A stretch of 62,623 nt of DNA, the filler included, from Sphacelaria rigidula (Eukaryota), in assembly GCA_964200075.2 (NCBI GenBank). It is 10 parts of 10 records of this genome, joined end to end, with 100 filler letters (N's around TTAATTAATTAA, not from the genome) between each part and the next. Parts side by side here need not be neighbours in the genome. Positions count along the whole stretch, not along the records: positions 25,092 to 31,263 come from CAXNAA020021752.1; positions 31,364 to 37,535 come from CAXNAA020021753.1; 8 more parts are not named here. The stretch is one strand, 5' to 3'. The notes beneath the pieces are model-generated. The model did not search any database and was not told the origin of the DNA. It saw only the letters and a list, made by a program, of their open reading frames with translations. Shown in pieces: positions 25,441-36,751 of the stretch (its first letter is position 1; every line of letters begins with the position of its first letter). A program made the position numbers and the translations under genes.

Positions 25441-25880
25441 CACGGGATCTTACATATTGGGGATGCATCTTTCATTGGGGATGAGAAACCCGAAGAATTT
25501 AAATCTCCGTATCCAGACCAAATCCTCGAAATGTGGTTCCATTTTTTCATCTACTGATAGCTATTGACAACTTCTGCACGCCATAGAAGTTTGGATTTTG
25601 ATCACCGAAATGTTGGGGTCCCAGATGAAAAACCAATTTTGGGGAATTTCGGGTGTCCAAATGGACGTCAAAATGGTTCCGAAATTGGTATTTCACCTGG
25701 GACCCCAAAATTTCGGTGATCAAAATCCAAACTTATATGGCGTGCAGAAGGTGTCAATAGCTATCAGTAGATGAAAAAATGGAAACATATTTCGAAGATT
25801 TGGTGTGAATACGGAGATTTTAATTCCCCGGGTTTGTCATCCCCAATAGAAGATCCATCCCCAATTTGTAAGATCTCATG
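25441..25880. mobile_element. Palindromic foldback element (~215-bp arms, almost no spacer), Mutator-like MITE
   Basis: The arms pair over their whole length, e.g. ttccattttttcatctactgatagctattgaca / tgtcaatagctatcagtagatgaaaaaatggaa. The flanks share only a degenerate ccccaa duplication. Confidence 0.85.
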
Positions 25881-25959
25881 TTCCCCCAATTTCCTCGGCC
25901 ATGTTGTATAACCCAGCGCCACGATCTTCTTCCCCGTGTCTGTGATACGTAACCCCCAG

Positions 25960-28382
25960 AAAACCGGAGTATCCTACAAATGCGACGAGTTGCGGCGAAA
26001 AATGCAGGTGGTGCTGGTGGACTTCAAGGATGTGCTGACCACGCTGTTTTTGACGTACTGCAAGGTGATATGCCGCTCTGCGGGAGAATACTCGTTGAAA
26101 ATAACCAAGATGCATGGGCACGTAAAACAATGGGTTGCGTCATAACCAAGCTGCTGCCGTTAGCGTTCGCTTCGGCTGGTCTCAAACAGCAGCGATTTCG
26201 CGAAAAGCAGGGCAAGAGACGACTTTCGTACCTTCGACACTTGTACCGATAAACATGTTGACTTACAATCCCCGTTCAACGGCGGGCTTCTTAGTGGAGC
26301 ACAAAAAACTGAATCGTGTCCAACCACCTAGATATCGACCCGTTCCACATCCTAATGAAGGAAAAAACACTAGGATTTTCTTACTCACAAACGCTATCAC
26401 GCTGGCACCCCGTTTCCATTGTACCACCTGCAGCATCACCAGATTTCTGCTATAGCAGTAAGGCCCCCTAGGGGTGGAGGGGGGGTGGGGGTGACTTAAA
26501 TTATTTCAGAGATGCTAGAATTCCACGGTTATACCCCCCGAGAGTTGTTTTGTGGAACAGTTCGGCGGATAGGTACCCCTATCGTTTGTAGGCGACTCGG
26601 TAACTCTATCTTGCGCATAAGCATAAAGTTGAAATCGAGGGTCGCTGAGAATATACCGACACACCATCAGGAGCAATGAATATATCGACTGATACTTGTT
26701 CAATCAGGTTGACTGCCAATAGCATGTACTAATCGTACTGAGTGAGAAACATTACAGTAAAAGTCATCATTCACTGTGAAATGATGATACTCTATGGAAA
26801 TATCATAACTGCATAGTCTAACCAGCTTCTACACAACCACCAACTGCCGGTACGGCCGCGTGCCTCGACCAGTAGCCGTGTTAAAAAATACGCTACTATT
26901 TTTAGATCTAAGAATTTCAAGAAAGTGCCCTGTGAGCAATTCTTCAATATCACCATCGTTTTGATTTCCTTCCGTTTTTTTTTAATGCTTTCATCACGTT
27001 CCATAATCACATGCCCTACCCACCCCTGTTCGTTTGACTCCGACAGCACGAGTCTGCACTCGATAACTTGGCCGTGGTCGATAAATCCGCGAATCATGCA
27101 GTGCTGCCCAACACTGCCGCCCAGACGACAGGCGCAGGCGACGCTGCTGCCTCGGAAAAATCGGACGCCGACCCCAACCATGCCGCTATGATCAGCAGTA
27201 GCAGCAGCAGCAGCATCAGCAGTAGCAGCAGTAGTAGAAGCAACAACAGCAACCACAGCAACAGCTATTCCGATGCCTCTGATCAGGTGCGGGAGATTGT
27301 ATAGCAGTGTAAGTGTTGACCGGGTAAAATATCGAATCGTATGAAGAACGCAGGTAGAGGGTTCGGGGTAGTCTTGGGGGTAAGGCTTGGGGGCTCTTGA
27401 CAGGAATTCCACAAGTTGCGGTGCTCGTTGCAGTTCTAAACGAGGAACAAATGAAGGGTTTATTCGAGGGTCGTATGAAGAACATAAGAGAGGGTTTGGG
27501 ATATGCTTGGAGGCAAGGTTTGGTTGGGGGTGACGGACTTAGTAGGCACTTCACAAATTACGGTACACACTGCCGTTTTGAGCGACAATTAAAGAAGGTC
27601 TAGATATGGAACCAGAGGTTTGAGACAACGTTCGTGTTTGGGGTTATCAAGGATTACCCATCACTCAGCCTCTGGACCACAAAAGCAGCCCGTTTGAGTC
27701 CCTCTGCGTGAAGTCCATTTTCGTGAACTGTTCTTTTTTGTATATGTGACGATGACGATAGTGATGCTGTTGCTGCTGTTGTTGCTGTTGTTGCTGTTGT
27801 TGTTGAAGTTATTGTCAGTCGCTCGGAAGCCTAGCGGTAAAGCTGATACCACATACCCGCCCCCCTCCCTGCACGCGTCCTCTACTGTCTCTTATCCAAA
27901 ACCAACCTTACCCTCATGATCATTCGTAAACGCATTCGTTTGAATCTCTCGGCGGAATCCACAACACCGGGGATGTGGGGGTGCTTTCATTTGCCGTATA
28001 TTTCACCCTGGTGGACGGGCAGGGGCGGGCGCCGCGGCTTCAAAGTATTGCATCGTTCGTTCTTCACTTTAGGTCGATCTTACCGACATTGGTACCGACG
28101 GCACACACGCCTCCTGGTAGACTGCAGCGAACCCAAACGAAGAGGAATCTTGAAGATGGAAGTGCTAGGATCGCACCATTTGACGACCGCGAGCTGATCG
28201 ATGCTATTGCTGCGACGCCGTTGACATCGGCGGCGCCGGCGAAAAAGACGACGACCACTGGGGCGGCGGCAGGTGTCCGGGGGAACATCGAAACTGGTGG
28301 AGATCAGGACCCGCTGGGGTATAGTTACCGGTCATTCGCGGATTCGAGATCCATGAGTGGTGCTCAGTTTCTGGATCTGGTG
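25960..28382 (+). CDS. Partial hypothetical protein gene with phase-0 exons 25960-26064, 27047-27286 and 28128-28382
   Basis: cag|...|gt-bounded exons of 105, 240 and 255 nt join in frame: KTGVSYKCDELRRKMQVVLVDFKDVLTTLFLTYCK, a Ser/Asn-rich low-complexity exon, then ...ADSRSMSGAQFLDLV. Confidence 0.55.
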
Positions 28383-28524
28383 GTGAGAGGATGATCGAGG
28401 GGGGGGGGGGGGGGGGCGCATCACGTTTTGAAACCGGGGGTTGTAGGGGCCTTTCCTCTCCCCCCNNNNNNNNNNTGGTGTTCGTGCTGCGGTCCTGTCG
28501 GGTGTGGGGGCTGTGGGGGGGGGT

Positions 28525-28574
<50 letters not shown>

Positions 28575-28575
<1 letters not shown>

Positions 28576-28860
28576 CGTACTCATGATCTTGAATGCCGTA
28601 GTCGTATGGCCATTGACCTTACATCCCTACAAAGCCGAGACGAATCACGCCGAGTTTTCGCCGGACCAGGCTCTCAATCAATCCCCAAGCGCGAAGCACC
28701 GTCATGTGCTCGGCGAGTCGCATGAACGATGAGCTGCATGCTGCCATGCTATTCGGCCGGAGGCGTACTGAATATCCTGCGTTTGGATGACACCCTCCAA
28801 TGAGTTCCCTCATTTTCTGGTATCGGAACTCTCAAAGACTGCCACAGCTTGTACACTGCA
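28575..28860 (+). repeat. Highly abundant dispersed repeat, module A. Copies at 41260-41550 (-), 41690-41985 (-) and 59845-60135 (+). Fragments at 1-58, 31228-31263, 43585-43640 and 51040-51082.
   Basis: Shared gccgtagtc.tatggccattgacct...aaagccgggacggagcacgccg...cgccggaccagg...ggcgagtcgcatga on 6 of the 10 scaffolds, often next to poly-G/C tracts. Confidence 0.9.
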
Positions 28861-29834
28861 CTCAAAGACTACGTCGTATGATAACCCGCTTTGCACGGAA
28901 TTCGGGGCGGCGGCGAACTGTGCTTGCTGAGTGAGGAGGAGGGGCGACGAGGGAGTGGTACGTATCGGTATAAGTGAAGCCGGCGAGACGAACAAATGCT
29001 TAGGCTGCACGTTTTGGGCCCCGTTGCCTTTTTCGTTTGGAGGTCCTGGTTGTTGTGGGAGATGTTCGAGGAAAGCGGCGGGTTTGACCAAAATCTCGAA
29101 ATATCACCGCACCAGCTGTGTCTTCCTGGCACACTTTGCGCCACCTCACTGCAAGTCAAACCAACGTTTCCTATTCCCTCGGCTCCTAGCTTTCAGAAAT
29201 TGCAAATATGCCAAAAATCAAATTAGAAACGAAAACTTTGAGGAGATGGCTGAAGAGCTCGGTGTACTCGGACGATGGGGTGATACAAGGAGGCCCAAGA
29301 CGGGTGGCGGCAATATTTTTTGCTTTCGGAGAATATTTTCCGGCAACGATCTTACACAGCAATAGATCCAAACGAAGACGATCGGGTGCCCGTAAGATGT
29401 GACGCTACTCGTAGGTTGGTGTATTTCACAATCCTTCATGTCAGTTTGCCGCCGTCTTGCTTGTGGTGAGGGTGAGTGAGCCAGGTGGCGCGTGGTGCTT
29501 GAAAGTGAGGGGCACGTGTACCGTAGGTATACTGAGGAGATCGCTCGGGGCGACAACAAGCCCAACCTTGATCTTTGAAGAAGCAAAGCCTCAGTCTGCG
29601 AGCTTTTCCTGTTGATCGAAAGTTCTCCACGAAAATTCTTCAACAGCACGACCTTCAGCGGAATCTGCGCCGTAATTTATGACAAATTAGGTTGAGTGTT
29701 CGTTTATCGCCCTGGATGGTGCGTCACGTGACCCACGGTAACTGTTGATGTAGAAATCGGCACCCGACTATATAATCAACGGTGGTTATGGTAGGGTAAC
29801 TGCGCTGGGGTAGCCCGAATTCCAGTGTATGTGG

Positions 29835-30320
29835 AATACCAAGTACCCCCGGGTATGCCCGGGTATCGCCTACTGGAAATATTCACAATATTTTAGGGCA
29901 TTGGATACTCAGGATATCGACAACCAAAAACAAAACAGTATTATAGAGTGCCCAGGGTACTAACTGCCGAAAGTGCTGGTTACCACGAGGTACCTCGGGT
30001 GCCCGCCCCCCGAAACGCACGCTGTGGTACCCGGGGTCCTGAATAGAGGTACTGAGTACTCCGTCCAGAGTACCTCGGGTACCCACTCCCAAAATACCGG
30101 CTGTTGTACCCGAAGTGCTGAGTACGTGTACTGAGTACACCGGGCAGCCGGGGTATCGACTGCCCAAGATCCTCTGTAGTTCAGGGTACCAAGGGCACTA
30201 ACCGTTCAAATACTCCGTAGTCCAGGGTATCTAGGGTATGAAGCGCCGAAATAGCTCAAAGTACTCAGGGTATCGCTATCCTACAATACTTTATTAACTC
30301 CAGGGTACATCCCGAGCACT
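29835..30320. repeat. Low-complexity element built from GGGTAC/GAGTAC/GGGTAT short motifs. Relatives at ~33060-33290, 36950-37110 and 54190-54390.
   Basis: Dense recurrence of gggtac, gtaccc, gagtac and gtactc in both orientations. Confidence 0.6.
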
Positions 30321-32405
30321 GGACGTTAATCTGTACTGGAAAGCTAGGTAACAAATTTGGCTGATTTTGAATCTTGGATTGGAATGGCGCTGCTATGCGA
30401 ACATTGGACGGATGCGGGAAATGCCGTGCCACCGACAACCCCAAGCATGCAAGTAGGGTTCCGCAGATCAAAACATTCAATCACGAACGTAGGCTAGTTT
30501 TTATTAAAGCACATATCTGGATCAGTACGCAGTGTCAGACTGGTCAGGTTGAGAGGTCGCTCATCATGGATTCCAATCTAGCCTGGATTGGGGAAATCCA
30601 GATGGAATTTCTTGATTTTCCCCCATCAGTTTAAATTGATCGGTTGCCTGACCTCGCCTAGAAACCAATGGCTCACATTTTTCAGGAAGAGTAGAAATGG
30701 TCCGAACGTGTCCAAAGGTTTCGTATCGATTAGAGATCTCGTCAATGATGCCCCTCTAGACCGTTTCTTACGGTCGTATTTTTTCTCTGGGCGGATATTC
30801 CAGTTTTGGGACATTTGATCCAGTTGTTGCGCCCCCAAACGGGGAGTATCGTCGTCACATATCTTTGACGCTTTGCGTCACCCCACTAAGAGAAGAGTCC
30901 AGCCCACCTTTCTTTGCTCTGAGGTTTCGAGAATGATCTCTGGGTGAAAATTCGATTGAATGTGAAATATGTTTGATGATATGGAAGATCGAACACCTCC
31001 ACAGATTACTGCAGGCACCGTAGCTTTTCGTGTCCAGCTGGAGTTGTTCGGAGGCCATTCTCAGACCCTCGAAGCTAAGCAAATCGGGAACGTGGGCTAG
31101 GCTCCTTGCTGAGGGGTGATGCGAAGTGTCCAAGATATTTGACGACGACATTCTCGTCTGGGGGCTAAAAAACCGGGTGAATTTCACCCAAACTTGAAAA
31201 CTTGCCTCCCCCCCCCTCAAAACCACTAGCCTGGTCCGGCGAGAACCCGGCGTGCTCCGTCCCNNNNNNNNNNNNNNNNNNNNNNNNNNNNNNNNNNNNN
31301 NNNNNNNTTAATTAATTAANNNNNNNNNNNNNNNNNNNNNNNNNNNNNNNNNNNNNNNNNNNNCTCGTTCTCTCCACCCTAATGGCGACAGTCGGATCAT
31401 TACACCACTGGGTCGCAGCGGCCTTCTGCAGCAAAGGATCCATCACAGTGTGGTCAAAACCATTTGCAACAAGTCCAGTCTTCTATACAAAGATCAAGTA
31501 ATTTTCTTTATGGAATACCAGTAGAATGCGGGGTACCAGCATGCTAGGGGACATGCTGGGCTGGCTACCCTCCGCACATTGCCGGGACCCCCAGCTGTGC
31601 CCTCTATGTAAACACCTACGGCGGGGCGATGATGGTTCCAAGAGTCCAACGAATAATGATTCGTCTCAACATAAGTTGCGTTTAGCGTAATTGGTTCGTA
31701 CCGTACAAATCAATCCTCAGACTTTGTTTCCAGCGTTGCACTACAGCCCAGGTACGCGCAACCCCTGTTCGGTACCATCTGACGCCAGGAGATAGCTCTT
31801 ATAGTGGTACGGTCTCTCCGACACGATATGCCGTTGGCGTACGTCACGAGTGTGTGATAAATTTCCCTTCACTAATCTCTAATTAATTATCCCTTTCATT
31901 CCTCTTTGGTCAGTCACCAACCTTGGGTATACAACAGCAGCCTAAATTCTACTGCAGGACACTCGGGATGACCCTTGGCCTAGTAGGGCAGAGTACCAGG
32001 TAAAGAGGTGATTAAGGTGAGGTTCGCGGTCCTGTGCGAACACCGTATCCATCAAACTCTTTTCTGGAACCTTCTCTCTAAAACCTAAACAGAGGGCTTC
32101 GAATACGAGGCTACATACATCATCTGGCTTGGCTGAATCACACTGGCTACACAGTACTGGTTCCCGAACCGTTCCTTATGGTACCGCGTTCTGAACCGTA
32201 CCGGCTCCCAATATACAGTGTCGTGTACTCATAGAGCACCCTACTCGGACAACTCCGAGGCGCGTGCAATGGCGCAAAATCTGCATCAAGACTTCTCGGA
32301 CCCGCGGTCAAGCGTTTCCTTTTTAAAAAGCGACCCGGCCTTAGAAACGTAGATTCGGTGACTCGAAGTAGCGATGACTCGTCGAGCCCTTGGGTGGTTC
32401 CTTAC

Positions 32406-34412
32406 CGCGAATGATGTCGTCCTTGCGCTTGGCCTCCTTGACTTGGGCAACGGTAGACTTTAGTTTTTCCTTCTCGTACTTGTGCCTCTCCTTTTTCTCC
32501 CTTTGTTTTTCGGCAATCTATGGTTTCGGATCATGACACGCACACACACGTGGATGAAAATGTGTGTGAATGAATGATATGTCAAGACACACGAAAAAAG
32601 CGCGGGAAAAAGAAGGAGAAAAAAAGAGAGCAACACAGAAACGCGATGAACCCTTCCCTTTGACTGCCAAGTATAACAGTAGCGATAGTATGGTGGAAGT
32701 AGTAGTAGCAGTGTAATAAGTGGTAGTAGTGGTGGCAGTACTAGTAGTAGCATTAATAGTAGCAGTCAGAGCTCGGTAATGGTATCAGTTATAACTGGCC
32801 ATTATCATTATAATGGTGATAATGGTTATGGTCACGAAAAAAAATGGATCATAGTTTCAAACCATTATTTATCATTACCGGCTACATGTGTTACATGCAA
32901 CTCTAGAACAATTGGCCCACATTTGACGTATTTTTTTTAGCTCTAGCGAAGCCAATTCGCGTACAAACGTGCCCCCGGCACGACGCCTCCAGCGCCCCCC
33001 CGGGTGGCTTTTTGGCTCGCGGCTGCGCCGCTCGATGACCAAAACCATTATGTACCATTCGAGTGCGGGGAATATCGAGTGCGGGGAATATCGAGCATAC
33101 CAGAGTGCCGGGTATCGACTCATCCAAAGTACCAAGTGTTCGATATTACCTCGAGTGCCGACAGCAGCAAAATTGAGTACCCCAGAATACGTGCAAAAGT
33201 CAACTGCCAAAACTACTCATCTGTAGGGACCAGGATCGCGGCACCAGAGGGATCCCAGGAGTCAAAAATACTCCACGACCGAGAGTAAAGAGCGCGGTGA
33301 ATTAGCAGAGCTCAGAAATGGTTTGTCGAATCATCAACCCTTTGTATGGTTACGCGTAGCGGACTCATTAACCAGTTAAATGGTACATAATGGTTTGGTC
33401 ATTGAGCGGCGAAGCGGCGAGCCCAAAAGCCCCTCCCCCCGACAGAGGGGGGCCCGCCGGAGGCGCCTCCCTGGAGCCCCGCCGGAGACGCCGTGCCGCA
33501 CGCACGTCTTGACGCGATTTGGCTTCGCTAGAGCTAAAAAATACGTTACATTTAGGCCAATTTCCAGGGGCTTTGTGTAGCATACATAGCCGGTAACGGT
33601 AAATAATGGTTTGAGACCATTATCCAATTTTTTCATATAATCATTGCTATTATGACCATTATAATGATAATTGCCAGTTATAAATGGTACCATTTCCGAG
33701 CTGCTTCAAAAGATGAATGAATCGTTTCAGTTCCGAAATGCCCCTCCACAAGGCCCGATATGTTTTCTGCAGTAGATTGCCACTGAGGCCGTTGATATCC
33801 CCGACTAGGAGATCGACGTGTAGCTAAAAGCACACGCCAGTGATGGAGGAGGCAAAGAAAAGCACACACGCAAAGAAAAAATGGCCAAGTCAAAGCAAAT
33901 GATCAAAGCCACTCTCAATCAGCGCTCTGCTCTCTCAATCTCACAAAAACGTTGTTGAACGTGTTTTCCACAACAACAAAAAAACTGACAATGAAGTAAA
34001 GGCCTATTATAGACTTGTTACAGGGTTACGAATGCTCCTCCTCCGCAGAAAATCCGAACACCTTCGCAATCGCACATAAAAAATGGTTTATAAAAGCACA
34101 GTCAACTATTAATAACTAACTCGCTGAAGAGAAGCGTGAAAAAAATTAAAGAGAGAGAGAATAGAACAAGGGCAGAATAACAGGGAAGGAGACGGGGAAA
34201 AAATCGTCGCAGCAGTAGCAACAGCAGCAACAGCAGTAGCACCGACACCACCCCACCTTTTCTATGTTTGTAGAGGCGTTGGCCAAATGAATTTGGTAGA
34301 GGACGTTGCTCTTCTTGCGGACGGTCGCCGCAAGACGCAGGAAATCTTCCGCGTCTTTCCTGTCACCCTCCAGCCCTTCCTTTTCTTTCTCTGCCAACTT
34401 CAGTCGACCCAG
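32406..34412 (-). CDS. SMC4: Two internal exons (34412-34257, 32517-32406) of condensin subunit SMC4
   Basis: cacag|LGRLKLAEKEKEGLEGDRKDAEDFLRLAATVRKKSNVLYQ...IEK|gt matches the SMC4 N-terminal coiled coil (LNRVKLVEKEKDALEG..EA.EFL). It splices in phase 0 to IAEKQREKKERHKYEKEKLKSTVAQVKEAKRKDDIIR|gtaag. Confidence 0.8.
33306..33703. mobile_element. hAT-type MITE (TIR YAGAGCTCGGAAATGGT). A truncated, inverted sibling lies at 32767-~33062.
   Basis: cagagctcagaaatggt...accatttccgagctg. The internal sequence is colinear with 36372-36751. Confidence 0.8.
33712..33957 (+). repeat. Dispersed repeat, with a second copy at ~54562-54800
   Basis: Colinear gaatgaatcgtttc.g.tccgaaatgcccctcc...gccactgaggcc...gcacacgccagtgatggagg...atcaaagccactctcaatcagcgc. 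Confidence 0.85.
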
Positions 34413-34707
34413 CTGTGTTGTTTTGCCGTCGCCATTTGTTCCACGCAGCGATGGGGACGGCACCGTACAATACAGTTACGGTAGGACATCATCAGCGAGC
34501 GGGCGGCCGAAGGGACGGGACGGTACGGGACGGGATATGACGGGATGGTACGGGACAGGGTGGAGGGATGTTAATGTTATCAAGGTTGTGTTATGTAGGG
34601 CATACCCGTAGGTGGGGGATTTTCGGTTAGCATACTATTATAAATCACACCACTGTGAAAAGGTGATTCCTTGACAGGGAGACACTTGTGGGAATTGGTC
34701 CCTTCTG

Positions 34708-35059
34708 TAGAGCTAGGAAATGGTACTAGTTATAACTGACCATTATCATTATAGTGGTAATAATGTCATATGAAAAAATAGGATAATGGTTTCAAACCAT
34801 TATTTACCGTCATCGGTTTCTGTAAACGTCACCAGATACGTATACTACATACAGCCCTCAAAATTTGGCCCAAATTTCACGTTTAATATTTTCTAGCTCT
34901 CGAGAACCCAAATCACGTAAAAGCGTGCCTCCGGCACCGCCTCCCGCGAGCTGCGCCGCTGGATAATCAAACAGTTATGTACCATTCAACGAGTGAATGA
35001 TTGTGTTACACGTAACCATTTGTCTGGTTAATGGTAAGACATATCATTTCCGAGCCCTG
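34708..35059. mobile_element. hAT-type MITE inserted in the TRIM 3' LTR
   Basis: TIRs tagagctaggaaatg / catttccgagccctg. Perfect 8-bp TSD CCCTTCTG at 34700-34707 and 35060-35067. Confidence 0.9.
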
Positions 35060-35318
35060 CCCTTCTGTGTGGTAGTTCCCACATTACCCCCTTTCCCCCT
35101 TTCATGAACCTGTTGGATGCTTTGTAGGAGCAACCTTTGACGTCGGCTATAATAGCGGTTGGGATCTCATATTTCAAGTCACCCAGCCAACAATCCCCGC
35201 AGAAGATTTTCCTTGAGTTTCGCACTCTGCTTCAGAGGGTATCCACCATTTTTGGGGGCTCCCACCATTTTGGTGGGATCCAGGATTGGAACCTGGCACC
35301 TTCTGTTCGTAAAGCGTA

Positions 35319-35821
35319 CAGGGTTAGGACAAATAAAATCGTGATTCAACTCATGTTCATCATTTCAACGAATGAATCATATACGAGTCGTACATCATTT
35401 GAAATCCATACAGGTTTCGAGCTCTTGTGTCGTGCAGTACACCGTCAACGGTACCTGTTTCCTACCTCCAGGTCATCGGGGGCAGGTCATGGACACAAGT
35501 TAACACCCTGTAGGAAAATGCGGAATGGATCAATTGTACATGCCACACACACTCACCATGAGGCATGAGTGGCATCTACATCTATGTCATGCGAATATCT
35601 CCGTGCGAGACGAAGAGTCGGCACATCGTTGAATCCTGTCATGACGTGGGCCTTGCATCGATCGTACTTTTCTCCCAATCTGTGTGCGGTTGAGATGACT
35701 GTACTGCATATGTTATTCACTGTCGGGTGCATGCGGGACCAACACTTGAGAACAGGTTGACTCCTGTCATGTCGTGAGGAGTCAACTCGTATAAATCTTG
35801 ATTTGTCCTATCATGACCGTG
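35319..35821. mobile_element. Second hAT-type non-autonomous element, inserted in the TRIM tRNA-like segment
   Basis: Perfect 8-bp TSD AAAGCGTA at 35311-35318 and 35822-35829. Imperfect TIRs cagggt-taggacaaat / atttgtcctatcatgaccgtg. The empty site is visible in the sister element at ~55382-55390. Confidence 0.85.
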
Positions 35822-36020
35822 AAAGCGTACGAGCCATCTCATGGTGTCGCCAATGTGAAAAGGTGACTCCTTGACAGACACCTGTGGGAATTGGTCCTTT
35901 CAGTGTGGTCCTTCGCACGACACACCTCAAACAATATATGGCCAACAGATGCAACAGACGAAAAAAAAAATGTACTGGGTAGAGTAGAGTGATGCTACGA
36001 TAGGGCTTGTAATTTTTTAA

Positions 36021-36118
36021 CCCTTAGACCGCGAGATCAGTCTTTCTGGATTATGCATACTTTTTTTCACTCGAAATTGATGCCGATTCAACAGAAGACT
36101 AACCTCGCGGTCTAAGGG
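36021..36118. mobile_element. 98-bp piggyBac-type MITE
   Basis: TTAA|CCCTTAGACCGCGAG ... CTCGCGGTCTAAGGG|TTAA: a perfect 15-bp TIR with a TTAA TSD. Confidence 0.88.
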
Positions 36119-36371
36119 TTAACAGCGAAAATGTTCCTCGGGGTGTGGTTGGACGGACCATTTTGAGAATCGGCATCATTTTTTACTTGATGAACACTGA
36201 AAACGATGATGCCGATTCACGAAAAGGTCCCTGCGTGCATCTTCATGTCCGGTCCCCGGAAATTTGGCTTGCACAGAGAAAGACCAATATACTTCGGCTC
36301 CAACAAAAAAGAGACCCGGAAACAAAAAGTGCAACCCCTACCGTAGCATTGCACAGTATAGGCCTATTGTA

Positions 36372-36751
36372 TAGAGCTCGGAAATGGTTTGTCGAACCAT
36401 TAACCAGTCGAATGGTTACGCATAGCGCACTCATTAACCAGTTAAATGGTACATAATGGTTTGGTCAGGGAGTGGCATAGCCGCGAGCCAAAAAGCCCCC
36501 CCAGTGGAGGGGGGCCCGCCGGCCTGGAGGGTCCCGCAGTGCGGGAGGTACGTTTGTACACTACTTGGCTTCACGAGAGCTAAAAAATACGTTCAATTTG
36601 GGCCAATTTTCAAGGGCTTTATGTAGCATACGTAGCCGGTAACGGTAAATAACGGTTTGAAATCATCACCCAATTTTTTCATATAATCATTACCATTATT
36701 ACCATTCTAATCATTATGGCCAGTTATAACTGGTACCATTTCCGAGCTCTA
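36372..36751. mobile_element. hAT-type MITE, complete copy
   Basis: Perfect 17-bp TIR tagagctcggaaatggt / accatttccgagctcta. The TSD is degenerate (ctattgta / ctaatcca). Confidence 0.85.

Larger units (their letters stand above)
34654..35919 (-). mobile_element. TRIM-like mini LTR element (about 395 bp net) interrupted by two hAT MITEs
   Basis: 5' LTR at 35919-35854, followed by the PBS-like TTGGCGACACC and a tRNA-like segment. PPT GAAAGGGGGAAAGGGGGTAA precedes the 3' LTR (35083-34654, split by a MITE). The flanks are ccac/acac. Confidence 0.75.
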
